Positions 48,491 through 62,099 are shown, numbered from the stretch's first letter. The stretch is 64,000 nt of DNA from Negaprion brevirostris (GCA_030324005.1 JARDVH010000132.1:49874458-49938457), one strand, 5' to 3'. The notes: generated by a model from the letters alone, not told the origin. Translations and numbers: made by a program.

Positions 48491-49134
48491 ATCATTTTGG
48501 AAGAGGGAAAATTCCAAGTTTGCTTTCTGATCTGTGCTGAGTTATATGGTAATTAGTTACAGGCATACAATTGATTCCAGCAACCCTGAGTTTCAGAAGG
48601 AGAAAATAGACATGATTGTGACTCCTGATCACTGTCACATCAACCTTTGCCGGTAGTCCAGAGGAATTGAGCAAGAACAATATTTGCTTCCACTGTGATT
48701 CCCTTTGCAGTCTTACAATATAACCAAGGGCAATTGGCATCTTTGAAGCTGAGCCTAAAGAAGGAAAATATTGGCAGAAAGAGGATGGCAAGTTTTATTT
48801 TGGAAGAGTAAATCTCGAGAGATTTGTTCACACCCAGCGTCAAGTGTGGACCCTCACGAGGAAACAGGTGCTCAATGGGATCACGCACAATTGGTCATCT
48901 TGTTTCATTGGGATGTGACTCGTGTGCTGGACAATTCAGGTGTGTCCCAAAAAACAGTATGGTGGTTATTAAGAGGTTGAGACCAGCTGGCGACATCACT
49001 GGCTCCCATGCACCTGTGACTTGAGGAGAGGGAGGAATTTGAAAGGAGCGAGCAGTGGCCTGCAGAATTAATGTGGCACCAGAAGATGTGTCACCGTCTC
49101 TTTTAGTACCCTGGGATGCATTCCATCAAGGCCA

Positions 49135-49745
49135 TTGCTGGAGGGATGAAATTTAAAAACAGGGAGGTTATGTTACAGCTGTGTAAGGTGCTGGCGAGGC
49201 ACACCGGGAATACTGTGTACAGCTTTGGTCTTCTTACTTGAGAAAGGATGTACTGGCACTAGAGAGGGTGCAGAGGGGATTCACTGGGTTGATTCCAGAG
49301 TTGAGAGGGTTGGCTTATGAAGATACACTGAGTAGACTGGGGCTATACTCTTTGAAATTCAGAAGAATGAGGGAGATCTTATAGAAACATATAAGATTAT
49401 GAAGGGAATAGATAAGATAGAAGCAGGGAAGTTGTTTCCACTGGCGGNNNNNNNNNNNNNNNNNNNNNNNNNNNNNNNNNNNNNNNNNNNNNNNNNNNNN
49501 NNNNNNNNNNNNNNNNNNNNNNNNNNNNNNNNNNNNNNNNNNNNNNNNNNNNNNNNNNNNNNNNNNNNNNNNNNNNNNNNNNNNNNNNNNNNNNNNNNNN
49601 NNNNNCCAATAAAGGAATTAAGGGTTATGGTGAGCAGGTGGGTAAGTGGAACTGAATCTATGGAAAGATCAGCTGTGATCTTATTGAATGCTGGAGCAGG
49701 TTTGAGGGGGGCCTACTTCTGCTCCCAGTTCCTATGTTCTTATGT
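49135..49745 (+). mobile_element. CR1 3' fragment
   Basis: EYCVQLW-like motif, RMRGDLIETYKIMKGID; CR1 tail. Confidence 0.9.
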
Positions 49746-50234
49746 AAAAGTAAAAGGTGTATGTTTATATCACCTCCCTCTTTCAATTCAGGTGAGATTG
49801 CGGTTGAGAGGCACGTGAGGTGTAAGAAGATCAGAGCATACCATCACCTTTGATGTTTTCAGCCCCAGTGCTAACTATGATCCCAGCAATGGTTATTTTA
49901 ATAGTGGCTAATGCTGCCTGTTCTCGGGGGGTTAGGATATGCACCCCAGTTCCCCTCCAGTAAGTTGCTGCAGAGATCTCTGTGCATCATCTTACCCTGC
50001 CAGATAGAGCAAAGTGTATGAGTCAGTGTGCTGCAGTTGGTTTTGGTGAACCAGCTGTCAGAGTTGAATTGGCAGCAGTGTGTGTAAGCTGTGAGCTGTG
50101 AACTTGAGGTTTACAGCAGTGCTAAGTTTGTGAGGGTGAAGTATAGCAAATGAATGTTATTTGCATGGATTGCAGGCAATGTGTTGAGAAGGATAGAAAT
50201 CTGGTTAGCAAATTGGAAGGAAAGAGTTGGCAAG

Positions 50235-50910
50235 TTCAACGGAAGTTCATTGATGAAGCAGCTGGGTCTAAAACACTATCCTGAGGAACTCCTGCAGGAA
50301 GGTTTGGGATTGGGACTTTTTTCTCCAACAGGAGAAACAGAGGAGGTGATGGTCATGTGGTATTATTGCTAGATTATTAATCCAGAAATTCAGCTAATGT
50401 TCTGGAGACCTGGGTTCGAATCCTACTGCAGCAGATGGTGGAATTTGAATTCAATAAAAAATATCTGGAACTAAGAATTTGTTGAATTGTCAATTGTTGG
50501 AAAAGTCCATCTGGCTCATTAATGTCCTTTAGGGAAGGAAATCTGCCGTCCTTACCAGGTCTGGCCTACATATGATTCCAGGGCAATGTGGTTGACTCTC
50601 AACTGCTCTCGGTCAACAATAAGTGTTGGCCAGCCAGCGATGTCCATGTCCCACGAAAGAATTAAAAAAACACAATCATCTTCCATTGTGCTCGGTATGA
50701 CTCCAATCAGTCAGGAGCTCTTCTGATTCCCATTGACTTCAATTTTGTTTTGGGCTCCTTGATGCCACATTCTGTTAACCACTGAATTGATCTCAAGGAT
50801 AGTTACTCTTGTTTCACCTCTGAAGTTCAGCTCTTTAGCCCATGTTTTAACCAAGGCTGCAACAAAGTCAGGAGCCAGGTGAACCTGGCAGAATCCAAAC
50901 TGAGTGTCAA
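50235..50910 (-). mobile_element. Family B LINE fragment split by its partner SINE (50331-50670, + strand)
   Basis: Flanks are reverse complements of GVPQ..VLGP and of the upstream RKMVVV region; the SINE is homologous to 20911-21259. Confidence 0.85.
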
Positions 50911-51814
50911 AGGACCCCCCAGTTTGCAACACTGAACTATCAAGACTTCAGTAGTGCAGCATTCACTATTGTCTCTTGAACTCTCTAATCCACATTCATT
51001 AGTACAGTTATTCTGTTGAATTCCTTGTCATTTTTGCCTCTGTTCTCAGAAATATCTGAGTCAATGACCAAATGGTCATTGAAAGACTTGTGTAGGTTGA
51101 TCTCTCTTACATTTGCCTCATTTCCTTTTGATAACAAGTTCTTGGGACATCAGTCTGTCAGACATTAGGCAAACCACACAGCTTCATGAATTCCCCGAAC
51201 TCTGGCACAAGTCCAAACATTAATATTAGATGAAACTGTACTGATCCCCATAGCTAGTAACACACAGCCTAGATGCAAACATAGGGGAAATGGGGTAAAT
51301 TTTACTTTTTAAGAACAGGGATGAGAGTCTTTTCCTAATACTGGGTCTTCATCAGTAAAACAAAATTCAAATCCTCAGAATTTGTATGTGAAAGAAGTGC
51401 AATAATTCTGATCTTTGTGTAATTGTTTTAGCTTGATTCAACTGCTTGCGCATGGGAAGTTTTCACTGCAGACAGTGAGGGGTTTATTACTGTGCTGGGC
51501 TTTATGTCAGGTGCTGTCTGGTTATACTGCTAATATGAAGGCCAAGTGCTTCTGCTTTGGATTCAATCAAACATCTAGATGCAAATTTGTGCTACCTTTT
51601 CGTGGTGATTTAATTTGTTCAGCTTCCTTTTTGAATCTATTTGCACATTTCATGAAGTTCCTGCTCTTTATTTTTTTTTGAAAATGGATTTTTCAAAATC
51701 TCTAACTGAAAATCTGGAATTTGGAATGAGACAGAAGAAACTGCTTTAAAACGCAAGGCCACCTTCGAAGGTGAAAGTAAGAAAGGCCAACAAAAACTGT
51801 CCAAAAGGGAAGGC

Positions 51815-52428
51815 AGTAGTCAGAACATATAAATACAAGAGTTGGGATGTCTTGTTGAAGTTGTACAAGACATTGGTAAGGCCACACTTGGAATACTGTG
51901 TACAGTTCTGGNNNNNNNNNNNNNNNNNNNNNNNNNNNNNNNNNNNNNNNNNNNNNNNNNNNNNNNNNNNNNNNNNNNNNNACTTGATGGCTTGAGTTTT
52001 AAGGAGAGGTTGGATAGAATGGGACTTTTTTCTCTGGAGCATAGAAGGCTGAGGGGTGATCTTAAACAGGCCTATCAAATAATGAGGGGCATAGATCAGG
52101 TAGACAGTCAATATCTTTTCCCAAAGGTAGGGGAGTCCAAAACTAGAGGGCATAGGTTTAAAGTGAGAAGGGCGAGATACAAAAGGGTCCAGAGGGACAA
52201 TTTTTTCAATAGAGGATGATTAGTGTCTGGAACAAGTTGCCAGAGGTAGTAGTAGAGGCGGGTATAATTTTGTCTTTTAAAAACTGTTTAGACGGTTACA
52301 TGAGTAAGATGGGTTTTGAGGGATATGGGCCAAGCGCAGGCAATTAGGACTAGCTCAGTCGTTAAAAAAAATGGCATGGACAAGTTGGCTGAAAGGCCTG
52401 TTTCCGTGCTGTAAAGCTCTATAACTCT
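51815..52428 (+). mobile_element. CR1/HER1 3' fragment
   Basis: LYKTLVRPHLEYCVQFW, RRLRGDL, TRGHRFKV. Confidence 0.93.
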
Positions 52429-52429
52429 T

Positions 52430-53186
52430 TGACGCTAAGAAGGGACATTTTGCATCTCAGCAGGCGTCCAAAACCCAACTCAGAATGTGGAAATGATCTG
52501 AATGTGGAAATGATTCAAAGGAATCTGACTTTGGGGTGAGAGGTATGTTGTTTGTTCCCTTTCAGAATACACGGGAAACAGTGGGTGAAAGAAAGAAACT
52601 CAGATATATTCTGTGTGTACTGTGTGCTGATGTGTCAGAGTGTGTGTATGACTTCAGAAACAAGAAGGAACCAAAAAATGACAAGCAGACAGGAAATGAT
52701 CTCTCTCTCTCACTCTACTGCTGGAGAAAGCTCAGCAAAAGCCCCAGCTAAAGGAAACTGAATAGCTTTTCAGCCACCCTACAGAATTTAGTACCTTCAA
52801 ACCAACTACTTACCTGCCAAAGTCAGCTCAGCTGGAAAAACCCAACTTAAATGCTGCACCATACCACCATCTGCCCTTACGGACAAGCCAAACACCGATT
52901 GGTGTATTCTTCTTGCTTTTAGCTTCCCATTTCCAAACAGTGTGTGAATGTGTGTGTTGCACTCTTCATTATTTTCTCAAGTTCTATTAGACTTACTCTT
53001 TCTTTGATTTAAGAAAGGCTGGTTAAATTGGCTCCTTTAAATACATTAATACATTTGGACAGGGTAAAGATATCCACAGGGGAAGGGTTTTCTTTCAAAT
53101 TAGCCTTGCTGTGATGAACCAGAGGTGGGGAGTTGTGTTGAATAAAAAGAGGAACCAGCAAATTCCTCCTCACCTGGGGGTTTGAC
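52430..53186 (+). mobile_element. Possible solo-LTR 3' part
   Basis: AATAAA about 45 nt before a ...tgaCA end; 5' end not resolved. Confidence 0.35.
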
Positions 53187-54909
53187 AAAATTCATTCAGA
53201 CAGTTGGCAAGTTAGAAAACATTGCCTAGCAACCAGTTTTGACAATATTATGCCTATAATATCCTCTTTGATTCAGTGCAATCATGCAGCATTTTTGAAT
53301 GCAACCTTTCAAAAAGTGACAAAGTATTCCTTGATATTACAACGTTTATGCAATATGGACTCATGGAGTTTGAGTATAAATTTGAAACGAATTACAAAGA
53401 ATAGGGGTGAAAATAACCTATTCTATCGCATTGTTATGTCAAAGGGTGAAACCTGGACCCCATTGTTTGACAATGGCCAAGTTTTCAAAGGACAATGAAA
53501 AACAGATACTGTGGTCACATGCCACAAACTAGGTTTCTGATCAGGGACATTCAATAATGCACATTTTTGGAGCAGAAATGGAGAGAAGGCTCCAGACTGG
53601 CATCACCAGAAGGCAGAAAATTCAGGCTGGCCTTTACCTATCTAATTGAAGAACCAGGTTTTCACTACAGTGGTCCATCTGCAGCTGGGCTGGAGTGAAG
53701 CAAGAGAAACCTGCTACTGCAAGCAATAAACCAGTACGAATCTGTCTTCAGCAACATCCAAACTCTGTTTCTTCAGTGGACCAAGGAGGAATCACAGGCC
53801 TGCTTCAAGGCTTCAAGTTGGGAGAAGCAAGTCTGACAGAGAAGTGTTGGACTTTTAAGACCTCAGTGCATCATCTTTTCTTGTGAGTATATGTGTGTGT
53901 GTCTGTATGAGTGTGTTTGGTTGCAAATATAATTTAGGTGTTGAGTAACAGACATTTATTCTTCTAAACTTATGAGAAAAGCTATTCTTTACCTATTCTA
54001 AACAGTACCTCTATATATAGATATACATGTGCCATTTTATTAATATAGCTGAAAATTGGCTTATTACATAAAATAATCATTTTTAAACAAATTTCTCATT
54101 CATCATCTGTGAGTAACATGACTTTAAATGACTGAAAAGTCGCTTTAAGTATTATACTGAACAATTTACTACTTTCATTGGTGTACAGCAAGCAGAAGTG
54201 GTTTTAAAAAAAGCTTTTAAAAGGTGCTTATTAGCGTCCTTATACATTTAAAAAATGAGCACAATGTACAGAAACTCACCATAGTAATTATTCGGGGCTG
54301 TATGTGTGTCAAGTTTGTGGGTGTGGTGATCCTTCAATGTGACGGTTTTTAAACTGCCGCACAAGTATCTTGATTTGCAATGGATGTAATTTGCGTTTGA
54401 AATTCCTCGACCTTTTGTGATGACTTTGCATGAAGTGCACTGGAATTAGCTGCATATCCCAAAGGAAACACCAAACTGATATGTTTTGAGATGTACACAT
54501 AACTTTGGTTATTCACATGTGGTGTGATATTATGATACGCTGCGTGAGATTATTTTCCATCTCCAACATAATCTTTACCTGCCCTTTTTCTAAAGCCTCT
54601 TTTTTAGGTCATTTGTGACTCACAGTGAACTCTGGGCTAATTTGTGATGTGGAAACAGAAGCTTTCTGCCTCATGACTATGGTCACTGGACAACCCCCAC
54701 CCCCGGTTAGGCAGTAGATCCATTTAAAATGATAATTGGTGCACGTGGAACCTCAAGTACGATTTATGGACGGAATTGGGCTGTACACCCTCCAACCACT
54801 TTTCCCCACATTAAAGCTAAAGAATCCTAGACGAGGAAAGATTCACACATTATCTGTGGGACAGAGAAGAGCAAAGGTACTTCTCCACAAGGCTTCACCA
54901 AAATATATT

Positions 54910-55210
54910 TTAAAGTTTATTTACTAGTACCGCAAGTAGGCTTACATTAACACTGCAATGAACTTGCTGTGAAAATCCCCTAGTCGCCACACTTTAGTGC
55001 CTGTTCGGACACACTGAAGGAGAATTTAGCATAGCCAACACACCGAACCAACACGTCTTTCGGACTGTGGGAGGAAACCAGAGCACCTGGAGGAAACCCA
55101 CGCAGACGAGGGAAGAATGTGCAGACTCTGCACAGACAGTAACCGAAGTTGGGAATCAAACTTGGATCCCTAGCACTGTGAGGCAACAGTGCTAACCACT
55201 GTGCCATCAT
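54910..55210 (-). mobile_element. HE1 V-SINE with tail B
   Basis: Reverse complement of the 42354-42660 structure. Confidence 0.92.
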
Positions 55211-56155
55211 ACCAACAAATGGACCAGGCCTAACCCCTTCAGCCTCACCTTCCCTTTCCTTGTCCTGGATGTAAATGCAGTTTTAGCAAGTACCCTAGCT
55301 GGCTAATATTGCTGTTGCTCAGAAACATTTACCAACCAGAGTCAAATGAGGCCTAAGCCACAGAGTAATGGGGCCTCATTGCCATTGGGACATGCTTAGC
55401 TGATCAGCAGCACAAAATTCAAGCCTGATTAGTTGAATCTGTGAACAATTTCAGTGAACTTAACAGGACTAACACAATAGTTATCAAAGGAAAGTAATAC
55501 ATCAAGTTTGGAGAATAGATTCTGCCTCCCAGATGTTCTTTTCGAGCCATTCTGAACTGCTTTCCGTGACTGTAGTTAATTATATTGGCTGGTACCTAGC
55601 GTAAGGTTTGTAGTTCTGGTACTTTATTGCTCCCCCATTGTGCTAAAATTTATCAAAATCCACAGTGAACCAAAAACATGGTGAATTTTTGAACAGGTTT
55701 GCATGAATCATTAAAATAACACATTAAAATTACACATTATATTCCAGTGCTTTAAATCACATCTGTGCAAATCCCCAAGGTGCATTTTTAAATGATGCAT
55801 TTACTAAAACACATCATTTTTAGTGAGTCTTGACCGAAGTTGCTGCAAGCCGAGACATAATATTACCTTAGAGCTTCTGGCAATGAGTCATGTAAAGGAC
55901 ATGAACTGGGTCAGTTTGTATGGTGAGAGGATAGTTGAAGTTTTTACTTTGCTATTTGTGTGTGAAAGCTTGTAGGATTGATTCAATATTTCGGAAATTG
56001 CTCCTTGCGTCCAATTCTGCATTGCAGTTTCAGGAACAGTAGTTCAATCCTTCCTACGTTGTAAACTATCTGATTGGTATAAATTTTATGTTGTTATATT
56101 TCTAGCTGTTTGTTTATGAGATTGTAGTTAACCAAATGGCTGAGATTCTTTGGTT

Positions 56156-57148
56156 TGTTAAAGACCAGATCAGAAACTCCAAGGTGTATTATGAAATCAG
56201 CTAGACCTCAACTTTTTCTTTTTATTTTGGCATTAGGGTGAGCGTAAGTTGTTTTGTTCTAGGTACGATTCAATTGACCCACAAGGAAGTTTTTACCAAA
56301 ACAAACTTCATGTGAGGACACAGTTAGAATATGACAAGTATAGTGTAGCATAAAGTTTACCAACTAAAATACTCAAGCGTGACAAAGTATAGGAGAAATT
56401 TCTTTACCCAGAGAGTGGTGAATGTGTGGAATTTACTACCACCAAATGTAGTTGAGGCCAAAATGTTGTCTGATTTCAAGAATAAATTAGATATAGCTGT
56501 TGGGGCTAAAGGGATCAAACAATATGAGGGGGAAGGGAAGATCAGGATATTGACTTCCATGATCAGTCATGATCATAATGAATGGCGGACAAGGCTCAAA
56601 GGGTCGAATGGCCTACTCCTGCTTCTATTTTCTCTGTTTCTTTGTTTCTTAATAGCTATCCATCTCTATCTTTCCAATTTAGCAATATTCCCTTTGATAA
56701 AAAACCCTTCTTCAGAACCAGTTAGCACCAAAAGCAGCTATATTTACATGAATATTAGATTTCCAGCCTTTTAACACCAGACAGATTCTCAAACAATAGA
56801 ACTTTAGAGGAATAAACCTTGCCTCTGGCTGATCCCAGTCTCTAGACTTTAGAGAAAGGGCTACTTCTCTCTCTAGCTTCCAAGAGGCATCTAAGCTTGA
56901 GTTCTCTGTGTAAGCCTAGTTCTACTGAGTCACCTGATATTACAGTCAATCAACCCAGGAGAAATCACTAAAATCAACAGAACAGCATTAGTTCGGATTA
57001 AAACAAACATTCTAGCAATAAGGAGCAATTATGTTGCAGCAGTAAGTATAGAGTATGCTGAATGTAGATCCAGCAGCACCAGTTAAAATAAACTGTTAAA
57101 ACAGAAACATGAGTCAAATGCATTTCTTAAAGGCACAGCATCGTTACA
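56156..57148. mobile_element. Putative solo LTR with a nested CR1 3' end (56380-56650, + strand)
   Basis: TGTTA...GTTACA termini flanked by ggtt and ggtc; inner RNFFTQRVVNVWNLLP. Confidence 0.5.
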
Positions 57149-57179
57149 GGTCTCATCTGTACCCTCTCCAAAGCGTAAC

Positions 57180-57668
57180 ACAGAAGAGGTTTACCAGGAT
57201 GTTGTCTGATCTGGAGGGTACTAGCTATGAGGAGAGGTTAGATAAACATGATTTGCTGTCTCTGGAACGACAGAGGTTGAGGGGTGACCTGATAGAGTTT
57301 GACACGGTTGTGAGGGGCATGGACAGATTGAATAGTCAGACATTCTTTCCTAGGGTAGAAAAGTTAGGTACTAGGGGACATGGGCTTTAGGTGCATGGGG
57401 AAGAGTTTAGAGGAGATGTGAGAGGTTAGTCTTTTACAGAGTCTGTGGATGTCTGGAACGCACTGCCTGGGGAAATGGTGGGAGCAGATGCAATAGCAGC
57501 ATTTAAGGGGCATCTAGACAAATATATGAATAGGACGGGAATGGAAGATACAGACTCTGTAAGTGCATATGGTTTTAGCTTAGGCAGGCATCATGATCGG
57601 CACAGGCTTGGAAGATTGAAGGGCCTGTCCCTGTGCTGTACTTTTCTTTGTTCTCCTTGTTCTTTGTG
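57180..57668 (+). mobile_element. CR1/HER1 3' fragment
   Basis: QKRFTRML, RLRGDLIE, TRGHG, VWNALP; (tgttctt)n tail. Confidence 0.92.
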
Positions 57669-58061
57669 GCGAATGAGTATAGAAAATTTGGCATTCCAGC
57701 CGAAACTCCATTCACTTTCAGTGGCACTGGAAAATGCCAGCCAATAATGAGGATGGAAGATTTGGTCACTAATTTTCCCAAATGTCATTCAAAAAAAGAT
57801 TCAAAATGAATTTTTGCAGGATCCGCTATTCCATGAATTTGATCTGAGCTGTCAACGCTAAGATAGGGCTCATGTGTGATCTGATGTGTAAAGCTTCAGC
57901 TCTTCCCCATCAAGATTGAAGAAAAATATTTAGAAAATACGATGCCAGAAGTCTGATTCTTAAAGTGCCATCATAACCTATTATTTGAAGCAACAACATG
58001 ACCTATTCTTGCTCCCTGCATTGGAAGTAGGAATTAATATGTGTAGAAATAATACCATAAT

Positions 58062-59223
58062 GAGGCAATTCTCCTTTCCCACTGTGCTGCTTTTTTAGCA
58101 CAGCAGGCCAGGAGACCCAAGCGGAGGTGTTTTGCAGGCTTCCTGCCACACCCTCCACATGTCTCTGGCAGCTGGATTTCTGGTGCCATCAGTTCTGCTC
58201 CAGAAATCAGCCTGGAGCTGCATAATTTATGCTAATTTCCATTTAAATCTCATTTAAATAGTATTAGTGGACCTGGACAGGACTGAAATCTCCAGGTCCA
58301 CTAGCGTCTCTCTCCCCCCCCTCTGCCAAGACTGGTTCACTCCAGCGGGGTTTACTATAGGTTCCCACTTGCAGGAGCTGGTGGTCCAACCCTGCTGGAG
58401 TGAAGGGAAGGGTATCAAAGCCCTCCCAGAAAGTTGAGTGCCGGTGGGGTATCCCCTGGACATTGCCAATCCAGCAGTGCCAGCCTGGGCCCCCTGACAC
58501 TGTCCAAGGGGCAAAGTGCCAATGCCCAGGGGCATCTTGGCACTGTCCAGTGGGTACAGGGCAAGGGGTTGGGGCCTAATGGGGGTGGAGACTAATGGGG
58601 CAGGGTCTCTGAGATGTGATTGGGGGGCGGGGGTCCCGCTGCCATTCTGCATTCGAGCTGAGTGACAGAAGGAGGGTGGCCAGCTATCAGGACTGGGCAT
58701 CAGGTTGGAGGGGGACGGGGAGCTCAGCCTCTGGGAGACATCGGGGCTGTAGGGGAGGGTTCAGGACTGTAGGGTTGGGCTTGCCAGTGGGGGGGCATAT
58801 TGGGAGATCGGGGCTGTGGNNNNNNNNNNNNNNNNNNNNNNNNNNNNNNNNNNNNNNNNNNNNNNNNNNNNNNNNNNNNNNNNNNNNNNNNNNNNNNNNN
58901 NNNNNNNNNNNNNNNNNNNAGATTGAGTCAGGCCATTGGGAGGGGGGGGTTTGGGCGAGGCTGGACAGAGCACATCCAGGGGGTCTGTGAATGGGCAGTG
59001 GGGAGGTTGGAGGGCCAGCAATGAAGGGGATGCTGGGCTGGCCATGGAGGAGTCAGAGGGGCAGCATTGCCCATGAAATTTCAGCATGATTCCCGATGAG
59101 GGTACTCAGCAGTGCACAGAGTGTGGAGATTCATTTTGAAACTCTCACCGAAAAATCCTATGGGATTTACTCCAGTTTTTATGTGAATTTGATATTTAGA
59201 ATGTTTTTGGGAGAACCGCCCCC
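58062..59223 (-). mobile_element. About 1.1-kb non-autonomous Harbinger-like element
   Basis: The 59160-59223 end is a near reverse complement of 16490-16550; shared interior gtgccag-rich block. Confidence 0.7.
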
Positions 59224-59315
59224 ATGATGTTCATTGTATCTCAAGGGGTAGTGTGAATTAAGACAAATGCAGTATTTTGACGAAGATACAACATGAGCAG
59301 CATTCGGTACTTGCA

Positions 59316-59382
59316 ACAGGTAGAGACACTATCCTCAAGCTTCAATCAGGTTAACCCACCTTACGATAGTGTCTCTACCTGT
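59316..59382. repeat. Perfect 18-bp inverted repeat with a 31-nt spacer
   Basis: acaggtagagacactatc (59316-59333) / gatagtgtctctacctgt (59365-59382). Confidence 0.9.
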
Positions 59383-59817
59383 CGTTATTCAAACAAAACA
59401 CTGGGATAAAATATTATCCGTATCTAATTTTTAAGAAGTAAAAGTTTATTTTGTAGGAATTGAATTCTATAATACATTTCTTTGACTTTTAGACAGATGG
59501 AAAAGTGCATAATATTAAATATATTCATTTTCAATCATTTGAAAATTTAAGAATTTAAAAATTCCCTCAAGTACTGAAGCTCTGTTTCAATCGCAAGTTT
59601 ATTTGAATGAGGGGGCATCTCAAAGTTAGAGGATAAATGATATACTTATTGTGAGAAACATTTAAAAGAACAAAATTATTAAATAGGAGTGAGGTGGAAA
59701 TAATGACAATTTAAGACTAACATAATTAAATCTTTAAGACTGTAATATATGTGTGGTGGTTTACATTCTTTAAGAGATTAAAGTTCCTCTTATTGCAAAT
59801 TTTAACAAAAGAATGAG

Positions 59818-60331
59818 TTTGGCTGGAATTTTCTGCCTTCCCCATCCCTCTCCTCCCCTCCTCCCCCGCCCCACCTCGCGGTGTGCTTTCCAGTGACAGA
59901 GAGGCAGCACCTTCATTGGTCGCTTGCTGGATCCTCCATCCTGCTGACTACAGTGTTTGAAATGGCTCACCATCCCGTCACTGGGGAACCAACCATGGGG
60001 CGGAGGAGGTGGTGGTGGGTGTGGGGCAGTCATCTCCAGCAGGACTGAAAGACCCTACTGGCAGGAAGGGCTGGAAAATCCCATACTTTGAATGTAAATG
60101 TAAAATCGGGTCGAATTTTCCACCCTCCCCCCCACCACACCCCCCACAACCTGGTGCTGTGCTTTGCCGTGGCAGAGGTGGCACACTATTGGCCAGCCGC
60201 AGGATTTTCCAGTCCTGCCACCTGCACTGCTAGGGAAACAATGGTGGGGGTGTGGGGGGGGGTGGGGGGGAACGACACGTGAGTGGAACCAGAAGATCCC
60301 ACTGAACAGAACTGCCAGAAAATTCCTCCCA
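59818..60331. mobile_element. Two adjacent, oppositely oriented MITEs
   Basis: ggctggaattttc...gaaaatccc and gggtcgaattttc...gaaaattcctccc; aggcagcaccttcattggtc versus ggtggcacactattggcc. Confidence 0.6.
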
Positions 60332-60459
60332 TTCTATTTAGTACTCATGTTGACCTTTCTTTAAGGTTATTCAACAAGAAGAATCTTACATCCATAGTTT
60401 TGAGGACTCAGTGTCCCTGAGCGTAGTTAGTTTGCAGCTAAACGTGACAGAGGCTGAAG

Positions 60460-60534
<75 letters not shown>

Positions 60535-61034
60535 NNNNNNNNNNNNNNNNNNNNNNNNNNNNNNNNNNNNNNNNNNNNNNNNNNNNNNNNNNNNNNNNNN
60601 NNNNNNNNNNNNNNNNNNNNNNNNNNNNNNNNNNTAGTTTGCAGCTAAACGTGACAGAGGCTGAAGCTACCCACCCCCCGCCCCAAGATCTCAGTCTATT
60701 TTACTCTGAGCCAACCACTAGGAGCTGAACCAAACCAGCCCCAGCAATTACACTCAGTCTAATTTTCCCTCCAGTCCTGGAGCAGTGACTTTGCTCCAGC
60801 ATTGTGCTACTCGCAGTAATATAATTCAGAATGACAGCTCAGCAGAATGGGAGATTGAACCTGTATCCCACCACTTGCTGGAAGCAAAAAAAAACTTGAC
60901 AACAAGCAGCTAGCGCTAATAATGATGAAAGGAACAGACATTGAAGCAACATTTTAATATGAAATAAGATTGTCATCAATGCCCTAAGTTAACATGATTA
61001 TCATTAACAGCTTCCTTTTTATTTCTCTCTTTAG

Positions 61035-61138
61035 GGAGTTGAGGTGAAAACTGATTATGTTCCCTTGCTGAATTCTCTGGCTGCATATGGCTGGCAGTTA
61101 ACCTGTGTGCTTCCTACTCCGATTGTAAAGAGGGACAG
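61035..61138 (+). CDS. RFTN1: Raftlin coding exon, 104 nt (GVEVKTDYVPLLNSLAAYGWQLTCVLPTPIVKRD)
   Basis: Long pyrimidine tract plus tttAG; ag|GTAAGA donor. LAAYGWQLTCVLPTP is the RFTN1-type motif (RFTN2 has LAEFGWLLTSVLPTP, as recalled). Confidence 0.96.
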
Positions 61139-61809
61139 GTAAGAACATCGTATGTCAACAGATACCTTAACTTGAATAGGTGTTCAAGGACCGCAGAAGT
61201 GGGTGAGAATCTGTTTTGTTTGGATACACTGCTTCACAAATTCTATTCGCACTTTTGCTTGTGTTAATTACTCTGTCGTGGAGCTTTTCAGGGAGCTATT
61301 TTACTATTCAATTCATTGGTCCTCAGATGGAAAGACCCAGCACAATTCTCATCTATGCAGCCAATATACTCTCAGAAATATTGATGTCATGGTCATGTTC
61401 AAGTTTTGTCCCGGAAGTGATTTCTAACAGCAATGTTGGTTGCTAAAGCAAAAGTAGATAAAATTACTCTAGCACATATCTCTCCTTTTTGCTTCTCTGG
61501 GTGTGTAAGAGGAAGCTGAAATAAGGAAAGCCAAGGAAGTGCATTTAATCAGCATGTATTGATTTTCTAGAAAGATTTACAGATCCAGCTGTACCTACCT
61601 AAGACTGTCTTGAAAAGAACTGTTGCCGGAGGTTGATGTTTAAGGAGGCAGGTTATCCTGGCTGCAAATCCACCTGCAGGCAATCTCCACCATGGGTTGT
61701 CAGTCAGAGGCAGTCAAGGTCACAATATGATAAATCTTTATGTATTAACTCCTTCCAAATCACCACAACAATATGCAGCAGATGGTTGTATCAAACCACA
61801 GCTGTACAA

Positions 61810-62075
61810 AATCTTGGTTAAAACACACCTGGATAGGGTTATATATAATCCTGCTTAGACTATACTTGGAGAAAGGTGAGCAGTTTATGACACCACACCT
61901 TAGGAAACATACATTGACCTTGGAGAGGGAACAGTGTAATTTACCAGAATGATGCCTGGACTCCAAGGATTAAATTAGGAAGACCCACAAACAAGGATCA
62001 TATCCCTTGCAATTTACAAGGCTATGGGTGATTTGATTAAGAGTTATAAAGATATTAACGGAATTGATAGGACAG
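61810..62075 (+). mobile_element. Old CR1 fragment
   Basis: ccttggagagggaacagtgtaatttaccagaatgatgcctgga. Confidence 0.65.
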
Positions 62076-62099
62076 ATAAGCTACTGGTTAGAACCTAGG

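Noticed and set aside
60428-60667. Poly-G run (poly-Gly ORF, apparent G-quadruplex) and duplicated tagtttgcagctaaacgtgacagaggctgaagc
   Set aside because: The pure G run abuts an N gap and the same 33-mer flanks both sides, typical of a no-signal poly-G read artefact and overlapping contig ends.
3639-61138. Assignment to RFTN2
   Set aside because: The exon peptides (SSAVKL, FRAILIK, LAAYGWQLTCVLPTP) match recalled RFTN1 much better.
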